DNA of 64,000 nucleotides from an uncultured archaeon (GCA_964545795.1 CAZJGC010000003.1:738-64737); one strand, 5' to 3'. Counted from the stretch's first letter, positions 35,689 to 46,587 are shown. A program made the numbers and translations. Notes: generated by a model from the sequence alone, not told the origin.

Positions 35689-36056
35689 TTTATTGGTTTT
35701 ATAATCGGTTCAATATATTTTTCATATTTTTTATAGTCAATAACTGGATTTTCAGAATATTGGTTTAAACTCACGCTAAGGTTAGTTTGTTTTATTTCAG
35801 AAAACAGGAAAGAATTTTTTACAGTTATAATTTTTTGTTTGTCCAATTCCCAATAGACGGGTCTTATAAGTTTTTTTCTTTTGTTTTCTTCAACAGTGTA
35901 ACCATAGTCTTTAATGGTTTTACAGGCGTGATATTCTAAATTTCCAAGGAAGTCGTCTAAATACATTGGATTATTTTCAAGAATTTTTATGGCTTTGTTT
36001 TCTATTTTTTTGAAAAAACTTTCATACTCAAAACCATTATTCAAACGAACCCTCAA
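35664..36056 (-). CDS. hypothetical protein; its 3' end overlaps tRNA-Gln antisense
   Basis: 130 aa with protein-like composition. The last 8 codons overlap the tRNA. Confidence 0.3.
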   Translation of the reverse strand: MRVRLNNGFEYESFFKKIENKAIKILENNPMYLDDFLGNLEYHACKTIKDYGYTVEENKRKKLIRPVYWELDKQKIITVKNSFLFSEIKQTNLSVSLNQYSENPVIDYKKYEKYIEPIIKPINGSPARNL

Positions 36057-36080
36057 TTATTTATTATTGAAGATTTAAAT

Positions 36081-36419
36081 ATGTTTATGAGAATTGACAG
36101 CACTTGTTTTGGTTCTATAATTGTTAGAGGCAGGAAATATGAGAGTGATGTTATAATATTCTGGGACGGAGAAATTATAGAGAGGGAGAAGTCTCATAAC
36201 TTTAGCAAAGGGGAACTTCAGGATATTTTGCTTAAGGAACCTGAAATTGTAGTTGTTGGCACGGGGCAGTCGGGGCTTATGAAAGTAGATGAATCTGCTG
36301 AAATTCTTGCAGGGCTTGAAGGCGTAAAGATTGTAGCAAAACCAACTCCGCAGGCAATTGAAGAATTCAATAAACTAAGCGGCAAAAAAGTGGCGGGAAT
36401 TTTTCATGTAACCTGTTAG
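36081..36419 (+). CDS. Mth938-like domain protein
   Basis: GTGQSG...FN.L...VAGIFHVTC pattern. Confidence 0.55.
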   Translation: MFMRIDSTCFGSIIVRGRKYESDVIIFWDGEIIEREKSHNFSKGELQDILLKEPEIVVVGTGQSGLMKVDESAEILAGLEGVKIVAKPTPQAIEEFNKLSGKKVAGIFHVTC

Positions 36420-36457
36420 AAGTATGCAAAACTATTTTTATATCAAGATACTAACTC

Positions 36458-37285
36458 ATGTTTATGTTTGTAATCAAAGCGTCAGGTAGGAGAGAAGAGT
36501 TTGACAAGGAAAAGATAAGAAGCACATGCAGAAGAGCAGGGGCTCCGGAATGGTTGGCTGATAAAATAGCGGACAGAATTGAAAAGAAGGTAAGGGACGG
36601 CATGAGAACAAAGGAAATATTAAAAATGACATTGCTTATGCTTGATAAGGAAATGCCGCATATTGCAGCAATGTATGACCTTAAAGGAGCTATAATGAGG
36701 CTTGGACCCGCAGGTTATGAATTTGAAAAGTTTGTATCGGAACTTCTGAAAAGATATGGATATAAAACAGTCACTAATGTTATTGTAAAAGGGAAGTGTG
36801 TATCTCATGAGGTTGATGTAATCAGTGAAAAAGGCAGTGAAAAAACCCTGATAGAGTGCAAATACCACAATTCTCTTGGAACATATACAGGCGTTCATGA
36901 AGTTCTTTACACAAAGGCAAGGTTTGATGATGTTATAAATAGTAAGGATAATAAAGATTTTACGAACTGCCAGATTGTATCAAATACAAGATTTTCTTCT
37001 GATGCAATAAAGTATGCCAAATGCATGAAAATAAAATTGTTAAGCTGGGATTATCCAAAAGAAAATATAAGAACCATGCTGGAAGACAAGAGGTTGTATC
37101 CCATAACAATTATAAAAAATTTAAGCAAATATGTGCAGGATAAACTTATTAGCAATGGCATAGTGTTTTGCATTGAATTGTTTGAAAACGATATATCAGA
37201 TTTGTCTTCTTACACGGGAATAAGCAAGAAGCGGCTTATTGAACTTAGGGAAGAAGCTGAAAAGATAATTTCAAAAAGTGATTGA
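36458..37285 (+). CDS. ATP-cone domain fused to an Mrr-type (PD-(D/E)XK) restriction-endonuclease-like domain
   Basis: N-terminal ATP-cone (VIKASGRREEFDKEKIRSTCRRAG). Central EFEKFVSELLKRYGY...HEVDVIS...ECKYH nuclease core. Confidence 0.55.
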   Translation: MFMFVIKASGRREEFDKEKIRSTCRRAGAPEWLADKIADRIEKKVRDGMRTKEILKMTLLMLDKEMPHIAAMYDLKGAIMRLGPAGYEFEKFVSELLKRYGYKTVTNVIVKGKCVSHEVDVISEKGSEKTLIECKYHNSLGTYTGVHEVLYTKARFDDVINSKDNKDFTNCQIVSNTRFSSDAIKYAKCMKIKLLSWDYPKENIRTMLEDKRLYPITIIKNLSKYVQDKLISNGIVFCIELFENDISDLSSYTGISKKRLIELREEAEKIISKSD

Positions 37286-38450
37286 ATGGATTATAAAACA
37301 AAAAGCCTGAACATGCATAAAGATAGAAAGGGAAAAATAGAAATAATTTCCAAGTTTCCTCTTGAAACAAAAGATGATTTGTCAGTTGCATATACTCCAG
37401 GTGTTTCAGAACCATGTAAGCTAATATCAGAGAATAATGCTGCTGTTTATGACTATACAATAAAAGGCAATTCTGTGGCTATTGTTACAGATGGTTCTGC
37501 TGTTCTTGGCCTTGGGAACATAGGCCCTGAAGCGGCGTTGCCTGTTATGGAAGGAAAAGCAGTGCTTTTCAAGAAGTTTGGAAATATAGATGCATATCCA
37601 ATATGCATTGCTACGCAGGAAACTGACAAAATAATAGAAGCAGTAAAACTTATATCTCCCGGCTTTGGAGGAATAAATCTTGAGGACATATCTGCTCCAA
37701 GATGTTTTGAAATTGAAAGACGATTAAAAAAAAGAACTGAACATACCTGTATTTCATGACGACCAGCATGGAACTGCGGTAGTTGTTCTTGCAGGCATGA
37801 TAAATGCATTGAAATTGTGCAATAAAGAAATAGAAGATGTAAAAGTTGTTGTTAATGGTGCTGGAGCGGCAGGTATTGCAATATCAAAAATTTTGGTATC
37901 AAAAGGCGTAAAAGATATAGTAGTATGCGATACAACAGGAGCCATATATGAAGGCAGAGAAAGTAACATGAACGAAGAAAAAATTAGAATTTCAAAAATT
38001 ACAAACAGGAATATGGTTCAGGGAAAACTGGAAGATTCTATAAAAGGAGCAGATGTTTTTATTGGTGTTTCTGCTCCAGGGGTTCTTACGCAGGAAATGA
38101 TTAGGTCAATGTCTGAGAAGCCAATTATTTTTGCAATGGCAAACCCTATACCAGAGATAATGCCTGATGAGGCAAAAAGCGCAGGAGCATTTATTGTTGC
38201 AACAGGCAGAAGCGATTTTCCAAACCAAATAAATAATGTTCTTGCTTTTCCGGGCATTTTTCGCGGTGCTCTTGATGCAAGAGCAAAGGATATAAATGAA
38301 GAAATGAAAATGGCTGCAGCAGAAGCGCTTGCAGGTTTTATAGAACCCACGCAGGAAAAAATAATACCCAATCCTTTTGACGGCGCTGAAAAGGCTGTTG
38401 CTGCCGCAGTTTCAAAAGCCGCGAGAGAAACAGGAGTATCTAATATATAA
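37286..38450 (+). pseudogene. NAD(P)-dependent malic enzyme split by a +1 frameshift at an A8 homopolymer (37726-37733)
   Basis: The 37286..37759 ORF encodes the N-terminal domain (YTPGV, GLGNIG, PVMEGKAVLFK). The 37797..38450 ORF encodes the NAD-binding domain. Removing one A restores ERRLKKELNIPVFHDDQHGTAVV, the canonical malic enzyme junction. Confidence 0.75.
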
Positions 38451-38470
38451 GTTAATTCAAATAAATAATA

Positions 38471-39388
38471 TTGATTTTTATGGCAGAGAAAGTGTATGAT
38501 TGTGTTGTTATTGGCGCAGGCCCTGCAGGTTTAAATGCAGGTTTGTATTTGAAAAGATATGGCGTTGATTGTATTATTTTAAGAGACCCTGAACAGGTTT
38601 CGCAGGTGTTGATTACAAATAGAGTTGATAATTATCTTGGAATTCAGGATGTTACAGGGCCTGAATTGATGGATATGTTTGAAAAACACCTTAAAAATTA
38701 TAATGTTGAAATAGTAAATGAGAAAACAGTTGATATAAGCAAAGAAGACGAGTTGATATCAGTAAAAACTAACAAGAACGTTTATACTGCAAAAGCTATT
38801 ATTATAGCAACAGGAGCAAGGCATAGAAAAGGCGGTATAAAGGGAGAGTCAGAATTTCTTGGAAAAGGAGTTTCATATTGCGCTACCTGCGATGGCTATT
38901 TTTTTAAGGGCAAAAAAGTTGCTGTCTTGGGTGGCGGAGATTCTGCATTGACATCTGCAATTTTTCTTAAAGACATAGGCTGCGATGTTACTTTAATTCA
39001 TAGAAGGAAGGAATTCAGGGGGGCTGACATTTATGTGAAGACAGCCAGCGAGAAAGGGGTTAAGTTTGTGCTTGAACATACAGTAAAGGAAATAAAAGGA
39101 AGTACAATGGTTGAAAAGATAATTCTTGATAATGGCGAGGAGATTGAGTGTTCAGGGGTTTTTATTGCTTTTGGCGAGGTTCCTGTTGTTGATATAGCAA
39201 GAAAAGCAGGAGTTAGAATAGATGAATCAGATTTTATTGTTGTTGACAAAGAGCAATCTACAAATGTAGAAGGAATATATGCTGCAGGGGATGTCTGCAA
39301 CAACCCGTTAAAGCAGATAGTAACAGCTGTTGCAGATGGAGCTGTTGCAGCCTTTTCCGTGAAAAAATATATAACCACAAAAAAATAA
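38471..39388 (+). CDS. trxB: thioredoxin-disulfide reductase
   Basis: GAGPAG FAD motif, redox CATCDG, and second dinucleotide motif GGGDSA. Confidence 0.9.
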   Translation: MIFMAEKVYDCVVIGAGPAGLNAGLYLKRYGVDCIILRDPEQVSQVLITNRVDNYLGIQDVTGPELMDMFEKHLKNYNVEIVNEKTVDISKEDELISVKTNKNVYTAKAIIIATGARHRKGGIKGESEFLGKGVSYCATCDGYFFKGKKVAVLGGGDSALTSAIFLKDIGCDVTLIHRRKEFRGADIYVKTASEKGVKFVLEHTVKEIKGSTMVEKIILDNGEEIECSGVFIAFGEVPVVDIARKAGVRIDESDFIVVDKEQSTNVEGIYAAGDVCNNPLKQIVTAVADGAVAAFSVKKYITTKK

Positions 39389-39389
39389 A

Positions 39390-39863
39390 GTGATTGCAAT
39401 GAGAAAGGATACAAAAAATAAAATATTTACCTTGTTTGTGCTTGCAATGTTTTTGGGAAGCACAGTTGCCTTTGCGTTAATGTTTGTGCTGCCTACTAAT
39501 AATGAACAGGAAGTTAAATTTGTTTATGATGCTCCCTTGCCTGAAGATAAAGAAGCGGTTTTTTTAAACAGCAATATTGTTATAATTGAGGAGTTCTTTT
39601 CTCCGACATGCCCGCATTGCAGGGCAATGAAACCTATTCTGGATGAAATAGTATCTGAATTTAATGGAAATGTTGTTCTTGAGAAAGTAGATGTAAATAA
39701 GTATCAGATAGAAACAAGGCGTTATAACGTAGATGGTGTGCCTACATTTATTTTAAAAGGCAAAACCATGGACAGGGTTGTTGGGGAGGTTCCAAAAGAA
39801 ACTCTTGTCAAAAGAATTTGCGCTTTGTTCACAACACCAATAGATAAGTGCAGTGCTTACTGA
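39390..39863 (+). CDS. membrane-anchored thioredoxin-fold protein (CPHC)
   Basis: N-terminal TM anchor; SPTCPHC active site. Confidence 0.65.
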   Translation: MIAMRKDTKNKIFTLFVLAMFLGSTVAFALMFVLPTNNEQEVKFVYDAPLPEDKEAVFLNSNIVIIEEFFSPTCPHCRAMKPILDEIVSEFNGNVVLEKVDVNKYQIETRRYNVDGVPTFILKGKTMDRVVGEVPKETLVKRICALFTTPIDKCSAY

Positions 39864-42625
39864 ATTTCTTTCAAAATATCTTTTTTTGCCTTTTCAATAG
39901 TTTCTTTTAGTTTGTCTTTGTTTGTTCCAAAACCCTGAGCAATTGACTGCGAACCTCCGCCTTTTCCTTCAAGCATTCTGCAGCATTCGGAAACAATTTT
40001 TCCAATATCTATTCCAGTATTTTTTCCAGCAGAGCCAAATATTTCTATTTTTTCATTTGCGGAAAAAAGCAAAATAACAGTGTCTTCAGAAGAAAGTATT
40101 CGCGATATTTTCTGCATTTGTTTCATATTTCCCTCAAGTTCAGAGACAAGAATTTTCCTGTTTTTTGCATTTTCAAACTTAAGATTTTCAATAATTTTTT
40201 CTGCGCTTTCCTTTGCCAGAAGCTCCTGTTTTTTTCTTTCACTCTTTATTTTCTCTGAAATTTTGCTTTCAATACCCGCGAACATATTTTCCAAATCAGC
40301 ATACTGTTCGTTTTCAATAAAATTAGCAATGTTTCTCTTAATTTCTTGCATATTAATTTTATATTTTTCAATTTTTGGTTTCAGTTCATTGAGTTTTGAT
40401 TCAGAAAATCTTTTGTAATATTCCTTTATTTTTTTGCCTGCTGCAATTTCAATTCTTATTATTCCATCCTGTATCTTCTCGGTTTTTAGAATTTTTATTT
40501 TCTCTATTTCTCCTGTATTGTCTGCATGCAAACCTCCGCATGCTTCGCTGTCTTCTGCAATAGACACAATGCGCAGAACTTTGCCAGGAACAGCACCTCC
40601 CTGATAAAGCCTGAAACCATACTTCTTTTCAGCTTCATTTCTCTCCAATATTTCCTTTTTGACAGTCAGTTTCTTGCTTATAATATCATTGCACATCCTT
40701 TCTATTTCTTTCATCTCTTCAGTTGTCAAGTTTTTATAGTGTGTTATATCCAGCCTTGCTTTCTTATCGTCTTTGTATGAACCTGCCTGCCATATATGGT
40801 TTCCAAGAATTCTTCTGCAAGACAGATTGAGAATGTGCACTGCTGTGTGATGGTTTCTTATTGCTTCTCTTCTTTCCTTGTTTATTTTTCCGTTTACAGT
40901 TTCCCCTTCCTTAAATTTGCCTTCTACGAAATGAATAATTATGTTTCCCGCTTTCTCAACATTATAAACCCGATGCCCGTTTATTGTTCCAAGGTCTGGT
41001 TCTGCTCCTCCGCCTCTTGGATAGAAGGCTGTTCTGTCAAGAATAATCTTCTCTCCTTCTGCTTTTAAAACTTTTGCTGAAAATTCATATAACTTCTCAT
41101 TTTCATAGTAAATTTTTTCTGTTTCAGGAACATTGTATTCTGGCATTTCTTCTTTCTCTTTTTTTGTCTTGATATTTTCATGCCTTTCAGAAACCTTTTT
41201 GTAGAAATCTTCAGGTATTTTTATTTTTAGTTTGTCTGCTATTATGTCAGGGCTAATGCCGTGCGAATCATAAAGTTCAATTAGTTTGCTTTCCGAAATA
41301 TCTGCAGAAAGCGTTGAGATAATTTTTCTTGTTTTTTTCTTGGTTTCATTGTATTTCTTTTCTTCAAATTCCAGTATTCTTGATATTTCATCAAGGTTTT
41401 CCATAAGTTCAGGGTATTGTTTTTTAAGGTATAATGCATGTTCTTTGCACAAGTCTGGCAGGGAAATATCCCAGTTATATTTGCTTATAAAGTCAAGAGA
41501 GCGTCTTAAAATAACGCGCAGGTTATATCCTCCGCCTACATTTGATGGCAGGCAGCCATCATTTATTGCAACCAGAAGCGAGCGCGCATGGTCTCCTATG
41601 GCATAAAGCGCTGATATTGGAATTATTTTTTCTTTCAATTCTTTCACGTCAATGCTAATTTCTTTTGCAATATTCTGCCATACCTTTTCAATGCTGTCAA
41701 CTTCGTCAAGGTTCAGCATTCCTGAATATGGAAGAAACTTGCTCCATACAAACCTGTCTGGTTTTATTCCTGTAATTGAGAAAAGTTTTTTTGCAACAGA
41801 AGGAAAGACAACGTCATAACTTGTATTCGTGCCATGAGAAAGCCATGCATATCTTTCCTGACCCATTCCCATATCAAGCGTTTTAATATTCAGTTCTTTT
41901 ATTCCGTTTCTTATGTCATATTGCATGTATACCTGATTTCCAAGTTCAAGTCCTCTTGAGAAAAATTCTATACTGGGTCCCATTTTGCCCGAGCCAGCCC
42001 ATGCATCTTCATGGAACTGAAGTTCAGAGCAAGGGATTTTTATTTCATCTATAAGCCATTCAAGAATATGCGTTAAATACTGTTCCGGCGAATAATCCTT
42101 TCCTGATGCAAAAGCATGCTGCCCAATCATTACAAATCCTGTATTGTGTCTGCCTGTTATGCCTACATTGTCAATGTCATTGAATCTTATACAGAATTGG
42201 GGAACCGTTAAGGGGTTGAACGGAGGTTCTGATTCTCCTGACAAAACATGAGGTATGAAATCATCTATAGAAGCTTCTACAAAGTAAATATCTTCTCTCC
42301 ATCTTGCAACAATAGGATATCTTCTTATTGGCGTATAATCATGTTTTTTGAAGAGTTTGGAGAACCTTTGCCATACTTCAAGATATTCTAAAGGCTTTAT
42401 AGGAGAATTGTTTATAAATTGATATTTGCCTGAACAGTTCGGGTCTCCGCATATTTCTCTATCAGCAAATGACCAGTAAAAACTTCCGCATTTTTTGCAT
42501 TTGTATCTTTTAAATCCTTTGTCTTTCAAAACCTTAACAGGATAATATTTTTCAGGATTTTTCTGCGCTTTTTCCTTGAAACCGTTTTTTATTCTTTTTT
42601 CTTTTAAAGTTGCCATGGTAATCAC
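39857..42625 (-). CDS. alaS: alanine--tRNA ligase
   Basis: 922 aa; editing-domain H-x3-H (HTAVHIL) and CGGLH motifs; archaeal-type N-terminus. Confidence 0.9.
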   Translation of the reverse strand: MITMATLKEKRIKNGFKEKAQKNPEKYYPVKVLKDKGFKRYKCKKCGSFYWSFADREICGDPNCSGKYQFINNSPIKPLEYLEVWQRFSKLFKKHDYTPIRRYPIVARWREDIYFVEASIDDFIPHVLSGESEPPFNPLTVPQFCIRFNDIDNVGITGRHNTGFVMIGQHAFASGKDYSPEQYLTHILEWLIDEIKIPCSELQFHEDAWAGSGKMGPSIEFFSRGLELGNQVYMQYDIRNGIKELNIKTLDMGMGQERYAWLSHGTNTSYDVVFPSVAKKLFSITGIKPDRFVWSKFLPYSGMLNLDEVDSIEKVWQNIAKEISIDVKELKEKIIPISALYAIGDHARSLLVAINDGCLPSNVGGGYNLRVILRRSLDFISKYNWDISLPDLCKEHALYLKKQYPELMENLDEISRILEFEEKKYNETKKKTRKIISTLSADISESKLIELYDSHGISPDIIADKLKIKIPEDFYKKVSERHENIKTKKEKEEMPEYNVPETEKIYYENEKLYEFSAKVLKAEGEKIILDRTAFYPRGGGAEPDLGTINGHRVYNVEKAGNIIIHFVEGKFKEGETVNGKINKERREAIRNHHTAVHILNLSCRRILGNHIWQAGSYKDDKKARLDITHYKNLTTEEMKEIERMCNDIISKKLTVKKEILERNEAEKKYGFRLYQGGAVPGKVLRIVSIAEDSEACGGLHADNTGEIEKIKILKTEKIQDGIIRIEIAAGKKIKEYYKRFSESKLNELKPKIEKYKINMQEIKRNIANFIENEQYADLENMFAGIESKISEKIKSERKKQELLAKESAEKIIENLKFENAKNRKILVSELEGNMKQMQKISRILSSEDTVILLFSANEKIEIFGSAGKNTGIDIGKIVSECCRMLEGKGGGSQSIAQGFGTNKDKLKETIEKAKKDILKEIQ

Positions 42626-42666
42626 ATAACTTAATTAAATCTATATTGATTTAAGTTTTAACAAGT

Positions 42667-43842
42667 TTATTTTCTTCTTAGAGAATTGTTTATGTTCAGA
42701 TTTGCAAGCAGGTTAGAAAACAGGATGGGAATTATAAATGTAAACACTATTGTTGAAGCCAATATAACTGAATATAAGCCAGAATGTATAATGCTGTTTT
42801 CAAACAATATTTTTATAATAATTATGCTTGTGCTAAATCTTACTGAAATTCCTATTCCAAGCATTATAGATTTTTTTGTTCCAAGTTCATTTCTGCCAAT
42901 AAGCCAGCTTCCAAGAATTTTTGCAATGCCTGATACAAGAATGACAAGCACAATAAACAGAGGGTAGGATGCAAGGTATTTTATGTTTATTGAACTTCCT
43001 GCCCAAAGAAAGAATATTGGAGCGAAAAACCCGTAGCACATTGTTCTTACTTCGCTTTCTATCAATTGCAGCCTTTTTTCAGGAAGAAATGTTTTAAGAG
43101 CAAGCCCTGAAAGCAGTGCTGCAACAGCAGTGCTGTATGCATATTCTCCTATGCCAAGAAACAGGAAGAATATGAAGATTATGAACAGAAACAAGTCTTC
43201 AATATCTATTGAACTGAACTTCCTTCCTTCTTCTCTGAATTTTGTCAAGCCAAAAGCCAATGCAAATAATACAAACAAAGAAATTAATATCAATGCAGTA
43301 TTTATATGAACTTCGGCTGCACTTGAACTTATTAAGAGTATTGCTGTAATCAGAGTTAAAACTTCTATTATGTCGTCCAAAGTTCCAATGCCTATTATTG
43401 CCTGCCCTAATTTTGAATTTACTATTTTAAACTCATCTAAAATAGGAATTAAAATAGCTTCGCCAACTGTGGCAAAAGAAAGTGCCACAACAAAGGAGAT
43501 AAACCATGCATAACCGAAAACAAAATGGACTAATAAGGTTCCAAACAAGGATTCAAATAAAATTATAAAGAAAGTTGCTTTAAAAATGAATTTGCCCTGT
43601 TTTTTTAGTTTATTTAAGTCTATTTCAAGTCCTATAATGAATAGCAGAAAATACATGCCTAAATATGCCAAAAAATTAAATTCACTGGAGTTTGTGATAT
43701 AGGCAAAGGGATTGTATATTGCAAGCAGAAACCCTAAAATAAGGGCGGCAAATATCCATGGAACATTTATTTTTTCTATAATTCTGCCGATTGCAAAGGT
43801 AAGCAGAAATGCTATGCTCAGGAACAGAAATAAATTTAGCAT
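42667..43842 (-). CDS. cation:proton antiporter (CPA/Na+-H+ exchanger family)
   Basis: About 12 TM helices, 391 aa. Confidence 0.55.
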   Translation of the reverse strand: MLNLFLFLSIAFLLTFAIGRIIEKINVPWIFAALILGFLLAIYNPFAYITNSSEFNFLAYLGMYFLLFIIGLEIDLNKLKKQGKFIFKATFFIILFESLFGTLLVHFVFGYAWFISFVVALSFATVGEAILIPILDEFKIVNSKLGQAIIGIGTLDDIIEVLTLITAILLISSSAAEVHINTALILISLFVLFALAFGLTKFREEGRKFSSIDIEDLFLFIIFIFFLFLGIGEYAYSTAVAALLSGLALKTFLPEKRLQLIESEVRTMCYGFFAPIFFLWAGSSINIKYLASYPLFIVLVILVSGIAKILGSWLIGRNELGTKKSIMLGIGISVRFSTSIIIIKILFENSIIHSGLYSVILASTIVFTFIIPILFSNLLANLNINNSLRRK

Positions 43843-43921
43843 ATTTTAAATATTGTATTTATGTGTTATTTATATTTATTTTAACGAACCATATATAAAG
43901 TGGTGAATATGAGAGGATGTT

Positions 43922-45364
43922 ATGATTGAGAAGATAGAATCTTTGGCAAAGAGACGCGGCATATTTTTTCCAAGCAGCGAAATTTATGGAGGCATTGCAG
44001 GCTTTTATGACTATGGAAGTGTAGGGACTTTAATAAAGAGAAAACTTGAAAATTTATGGAGAAAATATTTTCTTGGTCTTGACAGCAATTTTTTTGAAAT
44101 TGAACCTGCATGCATAATGCCTGAAAAGGTTTTTCTCGCAAGCGGGCATAAGGAAAATTTTGTTGACCCAACAGTAAAATGCAAAAAATGCGGAACTGTT
44201 CACAGGGCTGACCATATAATAGAAGAATATCTGAAGGAAAATTTTGAAGGTTTTAGCACGGATGAACTGACAAAGATTATAAAAAAACATAATATTGTTT
44301 GCATGAAATGCAGGGGAGAACTTGATAGAGTGTCTGTTCTTAATATGATGTTTCCTGTGCATATAGGAGCAGAATCAGAAATAACTGGTTATTTAAGGCC
44401 TGAGACAGCTCAGGGTGCTTATGTAAACTTTTCGCAGCAGTTTGAAGTTCAGAGAAAAAAACTGCCTCTTGGTTTGGCTGTTATTGGCAAATCTTTCAGA
44501 AACGAAATATCGCCAAGGCAGTTAACAACAAGAATGCGCGAGTTTTCTCAGGCAGAATTGCAGATTTTCTTTGACATGAACGAGATGGAAAACCATAAAA
44601 ACTGGGACGAGGTAAGAGATTATAAGATTATTCTATTTTCAAACAGGAAAACAAATGAAATGGCATGCGAAGAAGTTGCGAAGAAACTTCCAAAATTTTA
44701 CGTTTATTACATGGCAAAAATTCAGCAGTTCTTTTTGGAGGAGCTTAATATAGAAAGAGAAAAGTTCCGTTTCAGGGAATTGTCCGAAGAGGAGAGAGCC
44801 TTTTACAATAAAATACATTGGGATATTGAGCTTAATCTTAGTTCAATCGGCTGGAAAGAAGTTGGAGGCATACACTACAGAACTGACCATGATTTGAAGG
44901 GTCATGAGAAAGTGTCCGGGCAGAAACAGGAAATTTTTTTCAATGGAAGAAAATTCATTCCTCATGTTCTTGAGTTAAGTTTCGGAGTGGACAGAATAAT
45001 TTTCGCGTTGCTTGATTTATGCTATTTTGAAGGAAAAAGAACAATTTTGAAACTGCCGAAGAAAGTGGCGCCTTTCTCAGTTGCCGTCTTTCCCCTTGTT
45101 AATAAAGGCGGACTGGACAAAAAGGCTGAAGAGGTTTATAAATCTCTGAAGCAAGACTTTGGTGTTTTTTATGATGATTCCGGTTCTATAGGAAGGAGAT
45201 ATGCAAGAGCAGATGAAATAGGAATCCCTTTCTGCATAACAATTGATTTCCAGACATTGGAAGACGGAACTGTCACAATAAGAGACAGGGATACAACAAA
45301 TCAGGAGAGGGTTAAGATTGAGGAACTTAATGCAAAAATACAGGAAGATATAAGAACGGTTTGA
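43922..45364 (+). CDS. glyS: glycine--tRNA ligase (archaeal/eukaryotic type)
   Basis: N-terminus LAKRRGIFFPSSEIYGGIAGFYDYGSVG is diagnostic; class II motifs present. Confidence 0.85.
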   Translation: MIEKIESLAKRRGIFFPSSEIYGGIAGFYDYGSVGTLIKRKLENLWRKYFLGLDSNFFEIEPACIMPEKVFLASGHKENFVDPTVKCKKCGTVHRADHIIEEYLKENFEGFSTDELTKIIKKHNIVCMKCRGELDRVSVLNMMFPVHIGAESEITGYLRPETAQGAYVNFSQQFEVQRKKLPLGLAVIGKSFRNEISPRQLTTRMREFSQAELQIFFDMNEMENHKNWDEVRDYKIILFSNRKTNEMACEEVAKKLPKFYVYYMAKIQQFFLEELNIEREKFRFRELSEEERAFYNKIHWDIELNLSSIGWKEVGGIHYRTDHDLKGHEKVSGQKQEIFFNGRKFIPHVLELSFGVDRIIFALLDLCYFEGKRTILKLPKKVAPFSVAVFPLVNKGGLDKKAEEVYKSLKQDFGVFYDDSGSIGRRYARADEIGIPFCITIDFQTLEDGTVTIRDRDTTNQERVKIEELNAKIQEDIRTV

Positions 45365-45399
45365 TAAAACTTTTATTTTTTGAAAAATAATTTTCTGTT

Positions 45400-46581
45400 A
45401 TGATTTTTTCACATTCAAGGTTGAGCTGTTTTGAACAATGTCCGTTAAAGTTCAAATTCAAATATATTGACAGGCTGGAAACAGAGGCAGAAGAATCAAT
45501 AGAGGCATTTCTTGGAAAGCGCGTGCACGAAACGCTGGAAAAACTTTACAGGGATTTGAAATTCCAAAAACAGAACACTTTGGAGGAACTTTTGGAATTT
45601 TTTAATTCTCAGTGGGACAAGAATTGGAATGACAATATAATAATAGTAAGAAGCGACTACTCTCCGGAAAACCACAGAAAAATGGGAATAAAATTTATAA
45701 CTGACTATTATAACAGATACAAGCCTTTTAATGATTCAATAGTTCTGGACTTGGAAAAACATATTGTTATAGATTTGAATGGAGATGGAAAATATAAATT
45801 GCAGGGATATATAGACAGGCTGTCAATGAAAGACGATATAATAGAAATACATGACTATAAGACAAATGCGCATTTGCCAATAAAGGATTATATTGAGCAG
45901 GACAGGCAACTGGCTCTTTATAATCTGGCTGTCAAAAACATGTATCCCTTTGCAAAGGAGGTTCATTTAATATGGCATTTTCTTGCTTTTGATAAAGAGA
46001 TTAGAATAGTTAAGACAGATAAAGAGCTTGAACATCTTAAGAAAGAAACAATAAAACTTATAGATAAAATTAAAAACGAAAAGGAATTTGCTGCGAGAGA
46101 ATCATCTCTTTGTTCATGGTGCGAGTTTGCGCAGTATTGTCCGAAAAAGAAGCATATGTTAAAAGTTAACAGCCTAAGTTCAAATGAGTTTCTGAATGAA
46201 GATGGAGTTAAACTTGTAAATATGTATGCTGAAACAAAAGAAAAGATAGATAAATTGGAAAAACAGCTTGAAGCTCTTAAAGAGGCTATAATAGAGTATG
46301 GAAAGAAAAACAATGTAGATAATATAACAGGCTCTGAAGTAATAGCAAGAATAGCAGTTTATAAAAACATAAAATTTCCCGGGAAAAACGATTCTAATAG
46401 AGGGGTTCTGGACAAAATAATAAAAGAGAACAATTTATGGGACAGGTTTTCAACTCTTGACGTGTTTTCCCTTTCAAGGGCAATTCAGAACGGAGAGGTT
46501 GGCGAGAATTTTATAAAACAAATAAAGGATTTAGTAAGCGCGGAAGAAAGAAGAGTGATTTATTTGAAAAGGAAAGATTGA
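45400..46581 (+). CDS. PD-(D/E)XK nuclease, RecB-domain/Cas4-like, with C-terminal Fe-S cysteines
   Basis: N-terminus HSRLSCFEQCP, motif IEIHDYKTN (the D-Y-K of RecB/Cas4 nucleases), and C-terminal CSWCEFAQYCP. Confidence 0.6.
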   Translation: MIFSHSRLSCFEQCPLKFKFKYIDRLETEAEESIEAFLGKRVHETLEKLYRDLKFQKQNTLEELLEFFNSQWDKNWNDNIIIVRSDYSPENHRKMGIKFITDYYNRYKPFNDSIVLDLEKHIVIDLNGDGKYKLQGYIDRLSMKDDIIEIHDYKTNAHLPIKDYIEQDRQLALYNLAVKNMYPFAKEVHLIWHFLAFDKEIRIVKTDKELEHLKKETIKLIDKIKNEKEFAARESSLCSWCEFAQYCPKKKHMLKVNSLSSNEFLNEDGVKLVNMYAETKEKIDKLEKQLEALKEAIIEYGKKNNVDNITGSEVIARIAVYKNIKFPGKNDSNRGVLDKIIKENNLWDRFSTLDVFSLSRAIQNGEVGENFIKQIKDLVSAEERRVIYLKRKD

Positions 46582-46587
46582 AGTATC

